Shown: piece by piece, positions 9,198-19,534 of the stretch
Layout: each line of letters starts with the position of its first letter
How positions within the stretch are numbered: position 1 is the first letter of the stretch
From: Armatimonadota bacterium
GTDB taxonomy: Bacteria > Armatimonadota > SYMT01
Direction: 5' to 3'
NCBI GenBank assembly: GCA_046292385.1
Contig: JBKBRF010000047.1
Span: 1 to 51,742, forward strand
DNA: 51,742 nucleotides
Position numbers and translations under genes: made by a program
The notes under the pieces: generated by a model
Databases searched by the model: none
What the model saw: only the letters and a program-made list of their open reading frames with translations
What the model was told of the DNA's origin: nothing

Positions 9198-9742
9198 TGG
9201 GAGAGTGGGCGCAAGGGAGAGTGGGAGACACTATCCTCGATGGCAGTGACGCATTTTCGAGAGCTTCGCGTCTATCAGCTTGCCTTCGAAGCTGCGATGG
9301 AGATCTACACCCTTTCGAAGGTCTGGCCGAAGGAAGAGCGCTGGTCGCTGACCGATCAGATTCGGCGTTCGTCGAGGTCGATCTGTGCGTCGGTTGCTGA
9401 AGCTTGGAAGAAGCGTCGCTACGCAGCGCATTTTGTGAGCAAGCTATCCGATGCAGACAGCGAGGCAGCAGAGACCCAGGCGTGGCTGGACTTCGCGCGG
9501 CAGTGCGGGTATTTGACGGAGACCGAGCACGGACGCCTCAACGAGAAATACCAGATCATCAGCGGTGGACTGGTCAAGATGATGGCCGAGCCGGAGAAAT
9601 GGTGTTTCCAGGCTGACCGGATCCGAGAGCCCCCGACCGCATACCTGATTGACGATGGCTCGACGGAGGTGGATGGAGATGAGTGAGAAAGGTCCGCCAT
9701 TCGATCTCGGCTCTCCCACTCCCCCTTGCGCCCACTCTCCCA
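9198..9742. repeat. 31-bp inverted repeat (1 mismatch) of GA-rich octamers bracketing the four-helix-bundle gene
   Basis: 9198-9228 TGGGAGAGTGGGCGCAAGGGAGAGTGGGAGA versus 9712-9742, whose reverse complement is TGGGAGAGTGGGCGCAAGGGGGAGTGGGAGA. Confidence 0.9.
9240..9686 (+). CDS. Four helix bundle protein (23S rRNA IVS protein / TIGR02436-like)
   Basis: FRELRVYQ, WPKEERWSLTDQIRRSSRSICASVAEA, FVSKLSDADSEAAETQAWL; visibly lower GC than its neighbours. Confidence 0.92.
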   Translation: MAVTHFRELRVYQLAFEAAMEIYTLSKVWPKEERWSLTDQIRRSSRSICASVAEAWKKRRYAAHFVSKLSDADSEAAETQAWLDFARQCGYLTETEHGRLNEKYQIISGGLVKMMAEPEKWCFQADRIREPPTAYLIDDGSTEVDGDE

Positions 9743-9820
9743 TTCCAAAACCGTAAGCACATCTTTACCGGTCGTCTCGGTATCCGAGAACGATAGCAAG
9801 CAGATCGCGGGAGAAGCACC

Positions 9821-11305
9821 ATGCACCCGATGTTGAAAGAATGGGTCCGGCTGGAGACCCGGCGGCAGTTCCTGAGCCGCGGCGCCAACGCCCTGGGGTG
9901 GGCGGCGGCGAGCGCGCTGGCGATGGGCGAGGCGCAGGCGGCCGTGCAGAAGACGCCGACGCCCGGCGCGGCGGCGGCGGGCGCGACTCCCTTCTCGCTG
10001 CAGCACTTCGCCGGCAAGGCGAAGCACGTCATCTACCTGCACATGGTCGGCGGTCCGCCGCAGATGGACCTGTACGACTACAAGCCGCAGATGCAGGAGT
10101 GGTTCGACAAGGACCTGCCCGAGTCGATCCGCATGGGGCAGCGCCTCACGACCATGACCTCCGGCCAGGCGCGCTTCCCCATCGCGCCTTCCAAGTACCA
10201 GTTCGCCCAGCACGGCAAGAGCGGGATGTGGGTTTCCGAGCTGCTGCCGTGGACCGCCAAGATGGTCGACGACATGTGCTTCATCCGGAGCATGCACACG
10301 GAGGCGATCAACCACGAGCCGGCGATCACCTACATGCAGACCGGCAACCAGATCACGGGGCGGCCCTGCCTCGGAGCGTGGGCATCCTACGGTCTCGGGT
10401 CGCTGAACCAGAACCTGCCGACCTTCGTGGTGCTGGTGGCCCGCCCCTCCAACCAGGAGCAGGTGCAGGCGATCTCCGCCCGGCTCTGGTCGTCCGGCTA
10501 CCTGCCGGGAGAGCATGCCGGCGTCTCGTTCCGCTCCGCGGGCGACCCGATCCTCTACATCAACAACCCGCCCGGCGTGCCGACCGAAGTGCGGCGCAAG
10601 ACGCTCGACGGCCTGAAGCGGCTGAATGAGATCACGCACAAGATCGTCGGCGACCCGGAGACCCACACGCGCATCCAGCAGTATGAGCTGGCGTTCCGGA
10701 TGCAGGCCTCCGTACCGGAGCTGACCAACATCTCCGGCGAGCCGGAGAGCACCTACCAGCTCTACGGCGACGAGGCAAAGAACCCCGGCACCTTCGCCCA
10801 CTCGGCGCTGCTGGCCCGGCGGATGGTGGAGCGCGGCGTCCGGTTCGTCCAGATCTACCACAACAACTGGGACACGCACGGCAACGTCGCCGGCCGCCTG
10901 CCGAGCCAGTGCAAAGACGTGGACCAGCCGTGCTACGGCCTGGTGCAGGACCTGAAGCAGCGCGGCCTGCTGGACGACACGCTCATTATCTGGGGCGGCG
11001 AGTTCGGCCGGACGATCTACTCGCAGGGCGGGCTCAGTAAGGACAACTACGGGCGCGACCATCATCCCCGCTGCTACACGATGTGGATGGCGGGCGGCGG
11101 CTCGAGGCCAGGGGTCGTCCACGGAGAGACGGACGAGTTCTCGTACAACATCACCAAGGATCCGGTCCATATCCACGATTTCCACGCGACGGTCCTGCAC
11201 CTGCTCGGCTTCGACCACGAGCGGTTCACCTTCCGGCACCAGGGCCTGGACCAGAAGCTGACCGGCGTCGAGCCGGCCACGCTGATCAAGGACCTGATCG
11301 CATAA
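9821..11305 (+). CDS. DUF1501 family protein (sulfatase/alkaline-phosphatase-like)
   Basis: Twin-Arg [47 protein letters not shown]. Confidence 0.92.
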   Translation: MHPMLKEWVRLETRRQFLSRGANALGWAAASALAMGEAQAAVQKTPTPGAAAAGATPFSLQHFAGKAKHVIYLHMVGGPPQMDLYDYKPQMQEWFDKDLPESIRMGQRLTTMTSGQARFPIAPSKYQFAQHGKSGMWVSELLPWTAKMVDDMCFIRSMHTEAINHEPAITYMQTGNQITGRPCLGAWASYGLGSLNQNLPTFVVLVARPSNQEQVQAISARLWSSGYLPGEHAGVSFRSAGDPILYINNPPGVPTEVRRKTLDGLKRLNEITHKIVGDPETHTRIQQYELAFRMQASVPELTNISGEPESTYQLYGDEAKNPGTFAHSALLARRMVERGVRFVQIYHNNWDTHGNVAGRLPSQCKDVDQPCYGLVQDLKQRGLLDDTLIIWGGEFGRTIYSQGGLSKDNYGRDHHPRCYTMWMAGGGSRPGVVHGETDEFSYNITKDPVHIHDFHATVLHLLGFDHERFTFRHQGLDQKLTGVEPATLIKDLIA

Positions 11306-11414
11306 GGGCGGGGCGGCACTACGGACGAAACTTGTGGGTCCGAATTCGGACAAATCCCGTCGGAGACGCGGAGCTCGCCGATAGGCGGCCTCGACGTCGC
11401 AGGACGAGTGGGGC

Positions 11415-11469
11415 CTCAGCCCGCGCAGGCGGGCTTCGCTCTGAGTAGCCTCGACTTCAGTCGCAGGCG
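11415..11469 (+). repeat. REP-like double-hairpin repeat (GTAG type)
   Basis: AGCCCGC-GCAG-GCGGGCT...GTAG-CCTCGACTTCAGTCGCAGG; near-identical inverted copy at 41041-41092. Confidence 0.85.
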
Positions 11470-11509
11470 AGTTGCCGGAAGCACGAACCTTCGCGTCGAG
11501 GAGAATGCC

Positions 11510-12997
11510 TTGAATCCCGAGCTCGAGAAGTATCTGCACCTGTCGCGGCGGCAGTTCTTTGGCCGAACCGCCTCCGGGATCGGCATCGCCGCGCTCGCCT
11601 CGCTGCTTCAGGAAGAGGGCCTCGCCGCGCCCGCAAAGCCGGCGAAGAAGACCGGCCCCGCCGTGAAGCCGGCCGCGGCGGCGGGGCCTCGCACCCACCT
11701 CCCGGCGAAGGCGAAGCGGGTGATCGTGCTCTGGCAGGGCGGCGCGCCCTCGCACGTCGACCTCTTCGACCATAAGCCCGGCCTTGACGCCCTCCGGGGG
11801 GAGCAGGTGCCGGAGTCGGTGCGCTCCAAGGTCCGCCTCTCCACCATGACCGCGGGGCAGCAGAGCCATCCGGTCCTGCCGGCTCAGAAGCCGTTCAAGC
11901 AGTATGGGAAGAGCGGCATGTGGCTCTCCGAGCTGCTGCCGCACACCGGGTCGATCGCGGACGATCTCTGCCTGATCAACTCGATGCACACCGAGGCGGT
12001 GAACCACGCGCCGGGTGTGACCTTCATGCTCACCGGCAGCCAGATTCCCGGCCGGCCGAGCATGGGCGCGTGGGCGACCTACGGCCTCGGGAGCATGACG
12101 AGCGACCTGCCCTCGTTCTGCGTGATGACCTCCACCGACGTCGGCCGCACCTGCGGGCAGCTCTTCTACGACTACTACTGGGGCAGCGGCTTCCTGCCCT
12201 CCAAGTTCCAGGGCGTCCGCTTCCGCAGCGACGGCGAGCCGGTCCCCTATCTCGCCACTCCGGAAGGCATGCCGCAGGCGCTGCGCCGGGGCGTGCTGGA
12301 CGATATCGCCGCGCTCAACAAGCGGCGGCTGCAGGACTACGGCGACCCGGAGATCGAGACGCGGATCACCCAGTACGAGCTCGCCTACCGGATGCAGGCC
12401 TCCGTGCCGGAGCTGCTCGACATCTCCACCGAGACCAAGCAGACGCTGGAGATGTACGGGCCGGACGTGGAACGGCCCGGCTCCTACGCGCGCAACTGCC
12501 TCCTGGCGCGGCGGCTGGTGGAGCGGGGCGTCCGGTTCGTGCAGCTCATGCACTCCGGCTGGGACCAGCACAGCAACTGGAGCACGCAGCTCGCGGTCCA
12601 GTGCCGCGACACCGACCAGCCGAGCGCGGCGCTGGTGAAAGACCTGAAGCAGCGCGGCCTGCTGGAAGACACGATCGTCCTCTGGGCGAGCGAGTTCGGG
12701 CGGACCGTTTTCGTGCAGGGCGACATCACCAAGCCGGCCGGGCACGGGCGCGACCACCTCGGCTCCGTCTACAGCATGTGGGCGGCGGGCGGCGGCTTCA
12801 AGGGCGGCACCGTCTACGGCGAGAGCGACGAGTTCTGCTACAACGTCGCCCGCGACGGGGTGCACGTCCACGACCTGCAGGCGACGATCCTGAACCAGCT
12901 CGGGCTGGATCACACCCGGCTCACCTACGAGTACCAGGGGCGGAACTTCCGCCTGACGGATGTATTCGGCAATGTCGTGAAAGGGCTCCTGGCCTGA
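11510..12997 (+). CDS. DUF1501 family protein
   Basis: Probable TTG start at 11510 after GAGGAG; SRRQFF; GGAPSHVDLFDHKP; WDQH; EFGRT; GRDH. Confidence 0.9.
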   Translation: MNPELEKYLHLSRRQFFGRTASGIGIAALASLLQEEGLAAPAKPAKKTGPAVKPAAAAGPRTHLPAKAKRVIVLWQGGAPSHVDLFDHKPGLDALRGEQVPESVRSKVRLSTMTAGQQSHPVLPAQKPFKQYGKSGMWLSELLPHTGSIADDLCLINSMHTEAVNHAPGVTFMLTGSQIPGRPSMGAWATYGLGSMTSDLPSFCVMTSTDVGRTCGQLFYDYYWGSGFLPSKFQGVRFRSDGEPVPYLATPEGMPQALRRGVLDDIAALNKRRLQDYGDPEIETRITQYELAYRMQASVPELLDISTETKQTLEMYGPDVERPGSYARNCLLARRLVERGVRFVQLMHSGWDQHSNWSTQLAVQCRDTDQPSAALVKDLKQRGLLEDTIVLWASEFGRTVFVQGDITKPAGHGRDHLGSVYSMWAAGGGFKGGTVYGESDEFCYNVARDGVHVHDLQATILNQLGLDHTRLTYEYQGRNFRLTDVFGNVVKGLLA

Positions 12998-13024
12998 CGA
13001 TCGACGCCGGCGGAGGAGCCCCGG

Positions 13025-15625
13025 ATGCGGCGCGTCCCACGACCTCTTCGAGCAGCACTCCCGCTTCTGGCGGGGGTTCCGCTGCTTGCCGCGCTGGTCG
13101 GCGCCGCGGGGGCCGAGCCCGCGCGCCCCGGAAAGCCGGACCTCCCCACCCAGGCACGCGCGGTGCTCGCAAAGCACTGCGTCTCCTGTCACGGTACCGC
13201 ACAGCAGGCGGGCGGGCTGCGCCTCGATAGCCGCGCGGCCGTCCTCGCCGGCGGCGGCTCCGGCCAGCCGGCGATCGTCCCCGGCAGCAGCGCCGGGAGC
13301 CGGCTGATCCGGCTGGTCACCGGCACCAGGCCCGGGGAGCGAATGCCGCCGCAGGGCCCGCGCCTCTCCCCAGCGGAGGTGGCGACGCTCCGCCGCTGGA
13401 TCGATGACGGCGCCGCGTGGCCGGAGACGAAGGCCGCACCGGCTGCCGCGGCAAAGAAATGGTGGGCCTTCCGCCCGCTCCAGGTGGTGAAGCCGCCGGT
13501 GCCGAAGCGCTCCGGCTGGGCGGTGAACGCCGTCGACCGCTTCCTCCTGGCGGCGCAGGAGGCGAAGGGGCTCTCCCCCACCCCGCCCGTCGACCGCCGC
13601 CGGCTGATCCGCCGCCTCTACTTCGACCTGACCGGCCTTCCCCCCACGCCGGAAGAGGTCGAGGCGTTCGTGGCGGATCCCGCGCCGGATGCCTACGAGA
13701 AGCGGGTCGACCGGCTCCTCGCCTCGCCGCACTTCGGGGAGCGCTGGGCGCGTCACTGGCTCGACGTCGCCCGCTACGCGGACAGCAACGGGCAGGAGGG
13801 CGACCAGGACCGCCCCACCGCCTATCACTACCGCGACTTCGTCATTCGCGCCTTCAACGACGACCTTCCGTACGACACGTTCGTGAAGTGGCAGCTCGCC
13901 GGCGACGAATACGAGCCGGACAATCCGCTCGCCCTCTCCGCCACCGGGTTCATCACCGCCGGCCCGCACACCGTGCTGAACGTCCCGATGGAAGAGGAGA
14001 AGATCCGCAACCGGCTCAACGAGCTGGACGATCAGCTCTCCACCACCGGCTCCGCGTTCCTGGCGCTGACGGTCGGCTGCGCGCGGTGTCACGACCACAA
14101 GTTCGATCCCATCCCCACGCGCGACTACTACCGGCTGCAGGCCGCCTTCAACGGCGGCGACCGGGCGGAGGTGCCGCTGCTTCCGCGGGAGGAGCTGGCG
14201 CGGCGGCGGGAGGCGGAACGGGCGTGGAACGACCGGCTGAAAGGCGCGCGCCAGGAGCTGGAAGGCTGGCGCGCGGAGAAGCTGAAGCCGCTCGAGGCCC
14301 GGGTGCGGAAGGCGAAGATCGACGCGCTGCCGATCGACGATCCGGACAAGGCGCTCCTGCTGCGCGACCCGGAGAGCCCGCGCGCGAAGGAGCTGGCGAA
14401 GCAGCAGGCGCGGCGGCTGCAGGTCGACGACCGCGACTACCATCCGCTCCTCACCCGTCCGGATCGCGAGCGGCTCGAGGCGCTCACCGCGGCGGTAACG
14501 CGCTTCGAAGGCCAGAAGCCGGAGCCGGTCCCCACGGCGCTGGCGATGGCCGACTTCGGCCCGACGCCGCGGGAGACATGGCTGCTCGACCGCGGCGACC
14601 TGCGGCTGAAGAAGGAGCGGGTGGAGCTCGGCTTCCTGAGCGCGCTTACCAGCAAGAGCGCCGCCGAGTACTGGACCGCCGCGCGCGCCGCCGGGACCCG
14701 GGCCGACACCACCTACCAGCGCCGGGCGCTGGCGGAGTGGATGACCGACCTGGACCACGGTGCCGGCGCGCTGCTCGCGCGAGTCATCGTGAACCGGCTC
14801 TGGCAGCACCACTTCGGCGAGGGGCTGGTGCGCACCGTCAACGACTTCGGCCTGCAGGGGGAGCCGCCGAGCCACCCGGAGCTGCTGGAGTGGCTGGCCT
14901 CGGAGCTGGTCCGCGGCGGGTGGAAGCTGAAGCGGATCCACCGGATGCTGGTGACCAGCGCTGCCTACCGGCAGGGCACCGAGCTCGACGTCCGCAAGGC
15001 GAAGATCGACCCGGAGAACCGGCTGCTCTGGCGGCGGCGCCCGCACCGGCTGGAGGCGGAGATCTACCGGGACGCCATGCTGGCGGTCAGCGGCACGCTA
15101 AACCCCGAGGCGTTCGGGCCGGCGGTCCGCCCGCCGATCCCCGCCGAGGCGATCCAGGCGCGCAACCTGAAGGACCCCTACCCGGCCAACCTGAAGGACA
15201 CGCCGGAGACCCGCCGCCGGAGCCTCTACCTCTTCCACAAGCGGGTGGTGCAGTATCCATTCCTGCAGGTCTTCGACGCACCGGACGCCGCCGCGAGCTG
15301 CGGACGGCGGAGCGTGACGACGGTCGCCCCGCAGGCGCTGGCGGTGCTTAACGAGCCGTTCGTGCGGCTCCGCGCGATCGAGCTCGGCGAGCGGCTCTTG
15401 CAAGAAGCCGGAGAAGCGCCTCGGGCACAGGTCGACCGCGCCTACCACCACGCTCTCGGCCGGGCGCCATCGCCCGCCGAGCTGGAGGCCTCCGCCGCGT
15501 TCCTCCGGGCACAGGAAGCGCGGCGGCGCGGCCGGGGAGAAACTCCGGAAGAAGCGAAGCGGCTGGCGCTGGCCGACTTCGCGCAGGTGATCTTCGGATT
15601 GAACGAGTTTGTCTATGTCGACTAA
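13025..15625 (+). CDS. PSD1/planctomycete cytochrome c protein (DUF1549+DUF1553)
   Basis: Signal peptide; [44 protein letters not shown]; ends NEFVYVD. Confidence 0.92.
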   Translation: MRRVPRPLRAALPLLAGVPLLAALVGAAGAEPARPGKPDLPTQARAVLAKHCVSCHGTAQQAGGLRLDSRAAVLAGGGSGQPAIVPGSSAGSRLIRLVTGTRPGERMPPQGPRLSPAEVATLRRWIDDGAAWPETKAAPAAAAKKWWAFRPLQVVKPPVPKRSGWAVNAVDRFLLAAQEAKGLSPTPPVDRRRLIRRLYFDLTGLPPTPEEVEAFVADPAPDAYEKRVDRLLASPHFGERWARHWLDVARYADSNGQEGDQDRPTAYHYRDFVIRAFNDDLPYDTFVKWQLAGDEYEPDNPLALSATGFITAGPHTVLNVPMEEEKIRNRLNELDDQLSTTGSAFLALTVGCARCHDHKFDPIPTRDYYRLQAAFNGGDRAEVPLLPREELARRREAERAWNDRLKGARQELEGWRAEKLKPLEARVRKAKIDALPIDDPDKALLLRDPESPRAKELAKQQARRLQVDDRDYHPLLTRPDRERLEALTAAVTRFEGQKPEPVPTALAMADFGPTPRETWLLDRGDLRLKKERVELGFLSALTSKSAAEYWTAARAAGTRADTTYQRRALAEWMTDLDHGAGALLARVIVNRLWQHHFGEGLVRTVNDFGLQGEPPSHPELLEWLASELVRGGWKLKRIHRMLVTSAAYRQGTELDVRKAKIDPENRLLWRRRPHRLEAEIYRDAMLAVSGTLNPEAFGPAVRPPIPAEAIQARNLKDPYPANLKDTPETRRRSLYLFHKRVVQYPFLQVFDAPDAAASCGRRSVTTVAPQALAVLNEPFVRLRAIELGERLLQEAGEAPRAQVDRAYHHALGRAPSPAELEASAAFLRAQEARRRGRGETPEEAKRLALADFAQVIFGLNEFVYVD

Positions 15626-17045
15626 AGGCCACTGCGGACGCTATGAGCCGTGCTTGAGCCGGCGCGACCTCCTCCGGAAGGCGGGTGGAGGGTTCGGCAT
15701 GCTCGCGCTCGCCGATCTCTTCGGCGCGGAAGGCTTGCTCGCCGCGCCGCAGCGGGAGGCGCCGTCGCGGGAGCTCGACCCGCTCGCGCCGCGGCCGACC
15801 CACTTCCCGGCGAAGGCGAAGAACGTCATCTGGCTCTTCATGGAAGGCGGGCCGAGTGGGGTCGACCTCTTCGACCCGAAGCCGGAGCTGACGAAGCGCC
15901 ACGGGCAGAAGTTCGACATCGACGTCTTCTTCGGCAACCCGGGCCCCCTGATGCGCTCGCCCTTCTCGTTCCAGCAGCACGGGCAGAGCGGCGCGTGGGT
16001 CTGCGACCGCTACCCGAACGTGGCGAAGCACGTCGACGAGATTGCCTTCGTCAAGAGCTGCTACACCGAGTCGAGCAACCACGTCCCCGCGCTCTACCAG
16101 ATCAACACCGGCATCCCCCGGCCGGGCTTCCCCAGCGCCGGCGCCTGGATCACCTACGGGCTCGGCTCCGAGAGCCGCAATCTGCCCGGCTACGTGGTGC
16201 TCGGCAACAGCCAGGGCGTCAAGGGCGGCCCGCTCAACTGGAGCGCCGGCTTCCTCCCCACCGGCTACCAGGGCACCCTTTTCCGCTCGCAGGGCACCCC
16301 GGTCCTCAACCTCACGCGGCCCGAGAAGGTGACCGAAGACGACCAGCGGGCGCAGCTCGATCTCCTCGGCAGGCTGAACGGCGAGCACCTGCGGAGCCAC
16401 GCCGGTGAGCCGGACCTGACTGCCCGGATCCAGAGCTTCGAGCTGGCGTTCCGGATGCAGAAGGAGGCGATGGGGCTGGTCGACTTCTCCGACGAGAGCG
16501 CCAAGACGCGGGAGCTCTACGGCCTCGACCGGGACGTCACCCGCAACTTCGGGACCAAGTGCCTGATGGCGCGGCGCCTGGTGGAGCGGGGCGTGCGGTT
16601 CATCCAGCTCTACAGCGACGGCGAGTGGGACGCGCACGGCAACCTGACCGCGAACCACAGCGGCCACTGCGCCGCCACCGACCAGCCGATCCACGGCCTG
16701 CTGACCGACCTCCGCCAGCGCGGCCTGCTCGACTCCACCCTGGTCATCTGGGGCGGCGAGTTCGGCCGGATGCCGGTGTCGCAGGACGGTGACGGCCGCG
16801 ACCACAACCCGCACGGCTTCCTCACCTGGATGGCCGGAGCGGGTATCCGCGGCGGCACCAGCTACGGAGAGACCGACGAGATCGGCTACAAGGCGGCGGT
16901 CGACCGCGTGAGCGTCCACGACCTTCACGCGACCATGCTCCACCTGCTCGGCATCGACCACACCCGGCTCACCTACTTCCACCAGGGCCGCCGCTTCCGC
17001 CTTACCGACGTGGCCGGCACCGTGCTCAAGAAGATCCTGGCGTGA
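15615..17045 (+). CDS. DUF1501 family protein
   Basis: ATG at 15615 overlaps the upstream stop; SRRDLL; GGPSGVDLFDPKP; WDAH; GRDHNP. Confidence 0.92.
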   Translation: MSTKGHCGRYEPCLSRRDLLRKAGGGFGMLALADLFGAEGLLAAPQREAPSRELDPLAPRPTHFPAKAKNVIWLFMEGGPSGVDLFDPKPELTKRHGQKFDIDVFFGNPGPLMRSPFSFQQHGQSGAWVCDRYPNVAKHVDEIAFVKSCYTESSNHVPALYQINTGIPRPGFPSAGAWITYGLGSESRNLPGYVVLGNSQGVKGGPLNWSAGFLPTGYQGTLFRSQGTPVLNLTRPEKVTEDDQRAQLDLLGRLNGEHLRSHAGEPDLTARIQSFELAFRMQKEAMGLVDFSDESAKTRELYGLDRDVTRNFGTKCLMARRLVERGVRFIQLYSDGEWDAHGNLTANHSGHCAATDQPIHGLLTDLRQRGLLDSTLVIWGGEFGRMPVSQDGDGRDHNPHGFLTWMAGAGIRGGTSYGETDEIGYKAAVDRVSVHDLHATMLHLLGIDHTRLTYFHQGRRFRLTDVAGTVLKKILA

Positions 17046-17341
17046 CGTTCCGCCGGCAGCTATGAGCCGGCTGGATCGACTCCGCCGACTTCCAGCCGCC
17101 CCTCACCGGCAGCCGACAAGCAGCAGCAGCGCTGCCCCCGACGGTGGATTCTTGATACGTCGGCGCCCCGCGTTACCGGTGGGGCCGCGAGGCACTGGAA
17201 GTACCTCGCTGGACGGCCTGCGGCCACGCGTCCTCCGGACGCCGGAGCCAGGCTACCGTGGGTTGCCGCAGGACGCCCGCGTCCGGTGTGAGAGTGATAC
17301 GTCGTGCCGTTACCGCAGCGTTGCGAACCCGGCAGGTTTCG

Positions 17342-18361
17342 TCAGAGTTCAGACGGCTTGCGGCCGGGCTTCCACTCTTCGGCTTTCTTGAAACGGAACG
17401 GCGTCGGCTCGAAGCGCCCGACGAGGCGCACATCGCTCTTCGCGGGGAGGCGGTCCTCCAGGCCGAGTGCCCAGTAGGCGCCGTTCACGATCATCCGGCG
17501 GGTGCCTTCGTAGGCGAAGTCCTGGGAAGCGCCCATCGTGGTGACGAAGATGCGCGCGGGCTTGCCGGCTTCTCCGCGGTAGCTGCGGGTCCAGGCGACC
17601 GGCATCATCGGCGCGTTCTTCGCGGTGACGGGGGCCGAGTCCGGCTCCAGCGTGGCGGTGACCTGTCCCATCACCACCGGGGTGCTCTCCGGCAGCGGGA
17701 GGCGCACGCCGTAGACGTCGGTGGTGCCGAAGATCGCGCCGGGCTCGATGCCGCGGACGATCGGGTGCAACTCCTGTCCCGGCGCCACCACGCCCCGCGT
17801 GCCTTCCTTGCCGTGCTCTCCGTGGTGCGAAATCCAGGTCTCCCCCAGCACCCGCCGCCCGAAGCCGCCTTCCCAACCCGGCTCTTTGCTCTGCCAGTGG
17901 TAGCGGGCGTAGTCGCCGGCGGTAGTGCTGAACGCGTGCGTGGAGGTGCGGAGCGCCACGATCGGCCGGCCGCTCTCCACGTACTCCGCAATCGGCTTCA
18001 TCTGATCCGCCGGCAAGTCCAGCATGCGCGTGAACAGGATCAGCAGGTCGGCGTCGCGCAGCTTCTCCAGCCCGGGGATGTTGTTGATCGTCGGGTTGAC
18101 GGTGCCGGTGGAGGGGTCGACCGTAAAGAGGACCGTGCAATCGAAGCCGTGCCGTTCAGAGAGGATGCGGGCCAACTGCGGCATCGTCTCCTCGGAGCGG
18201 TACTCCTGATCGCCGCTGATGAGCACCACCTTCTTGCCGCTCCCGGGACCGCTCTTCCCCGGCAGCGCGAGCCAGGGATCGTCCGCAGCGGCGGCGAAAC
18301 CTCCGCCATACACCAGGGCAGCCGCGGAGGCCCCGCAGGCGAGTAGCTCTCGTCGATTCAT
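17342..18361 (-). CDS. ThuA-like (class I GAT-fold) exported protein
   Basis: Tat-like MNRRELL; VLISGDQEYRSEET; PVAWTR; RIFVTTMG. Confidence 0.75.
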   Translation of the reverse strand: MNRRELLACGASAAALVYGGGFAAAADDPWLALPGKSGPGSGKKVVLISGDQEYRSEETMPQLARILSERHGFDCTVLFTVDPSTGTVNPTINNIPGLEKLRDADLLILFTRMLDLPADQMKPIAEYVESGRPIVALRTSTHAFSTTAGDYARYHWQSKEPGWEGGFGRRVLGETWISHHGEHGKEGTRGVVAPGQELHPIVRGIEPGAIFGTTDVYGVRLPLPESTPVVMGQVTATLEPDSAPVTAKNAPMMPVAWTRSYRGEAGKPARIFVTTMGASQDFAYEGTRRMIVNGAYWALGLEDRLPAKSDVRLVGRFEPTPFRFKKAEEWKPGRKPSEL

Positions 18362-18429
18362 CTGGAATTCCCTCCTCGGTGATGGCGCCGATCCCGACCT
18401 ACTTCCGCGTGCGCACCAACCTGCCTACT

Positions 18430-18675
18430 CTACACACCCTCGCCCATTCCGCCCATCCCCGGGGAGAGGTACCAGCCGATGAGAGTGAGGGCGACCGAGA
18501 TCAGTGCGACGCTGAAGCCCCCCAACACAACCGCGCAGTTGAACTCCGCCCAGCGATCAGAAGACGTTTGGGCTCGATAGCGACGGAACGCTGCAATCGA
18601 CTGCGCGCCACAGAATAACCCCGCGCTCGCGAGCAGCACGATCAGGGCAATTATCCCAGCATAGATTGAGACCAT
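18430..18675 (-). CDS. Small hypothetical membrane protein (2 TM)
   Basis: 81 aa with two hydrophobic stretches; fills the gap between co-oriented genes; lower GC. Confidence 0.45.
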   Translation of the reverse strand: MVSIYAGIIALIVLLASAGLFCGAQSIAAFRRYRAQTSSDRWAEFNCAVVLGGFSVALISVALTLIGWYLSPGMGGMGEGV

Positions 18676-18708
18676 CAGCGTCGGCCGCGCAGCCCTTCTC
18701 GATCAGCG

Positions 18709-19479
18709 TTACACGTCTTCGTCTTTCGGGTCGCGGGGCAGCAGGTCGGTCTTGCTGCTGATCTGGAAGGCGTTGTCCTTCGGTGCGTAGCCGAGGCGCT
18801 CCCGGGCGCTGGTGATATCCATCCGCTTCAGCTGGTTATCCGAGACTCCCTGCACGATCAGGAACCGGAGTTCGTCCGGCGCCTCGATGCAGCGCTCCAG
18901 CAGGTGACAGAGGTCGTCCTCGCTCACCCAGAGCGCCAGCAGACGCGAGTCGTCGGAGTCGGCTACTTTCTCCGGCGTGCCGCAGGCGCCGATCCGCACC
19001 GCGATGCAGCTCAGCCCTTCCCGGTCGGCATAGTAGGAGCAGAGCGCCTCGCCGAAGCACTTGGTCACGCCGTAGAGGTCGCCGGGGCGGATCGGGTCGT
19101 GCGGGTGGATCTGGTAGTCGAGCGGATAGGCGTTCACCGCGTGGATGCTGCTGGCGAAGATCAGCCGGCGACAGCCCTGCTCCACCGCCGCGTGGAACAT
19201 GTTGTAGGTCATCCGGATGTTCAGCGGTAGCAGCGTATCGTAGAAGGTCGCCGCCGGGCTCGGGTCGGCGGCGAGGTGGACTATCGTATCGATCCCCTCA
19301 CACGCGGCCCGGGCGGCGTCGAGCTCCACCAGGTCGGCTTCCCGGCACTCGTGTCCGGCCGGATCGGCAATCGGCCGCTGGTCGACCAGCCGCAGCCGGT
19401 AGCGCTCGCCGTACCGCTTCCGAAAGGCCGTGCCGATGCGCCCGGCCGCGCCAGTAACGAGGACTCTCCGCTGCTCCAC
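18709..19479 (-). CDS. NAD-dependent epimerase/dehydratase (uronate dehydrogenase-like)
   Basis: VLVTGAAGRIG; FASSIHA; catalytic YGVTK. Confidence 0.88.
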   Translation of the reverse strand: MEQRRVLVTGAAGRIGTAFRKRYGERYRLRLVDQRPIADPAGHECREADLVELDAARAACEGIDTIVHLAADPSPAATFYDTLLPLNIRMTYNMFHAAVEQGCRRLIFASSIHAVNAYPLDYQIHPHDPIRPGDLYGVTKCFGEALCSYYADREGLSCIAVRIGACGTPEKVADSDDSRLLALWVSEDDLCHLLERCIEAPDELRFLIVQGVSDNQLKRMDITSARERLGYAPKDNAFQISSKTDLLPRDPKDEDV

Positions 19480-19534
19480 GCTTCCTCCAAACGGGGAGGC
19501 CCGGCTTCCCGGGTCCTTCCCCGCGCCGTTCCGG

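Noticed and set aside
9240..9686. Four-helix protein as Avd of a diversity-generating retroelement
   Set aside because: No reverse transcriptase and no TR/VR pair with A-specific mismatches seen in the window.
9419..15046. 1875-aa minus-strand ORF (also 5816-7414, 7418-9214, 15348-16982, 36703-38703, 39539-41110)
   Set aside because: Antisense shadows of well-supported high-GC genes; no recognisable motifs.
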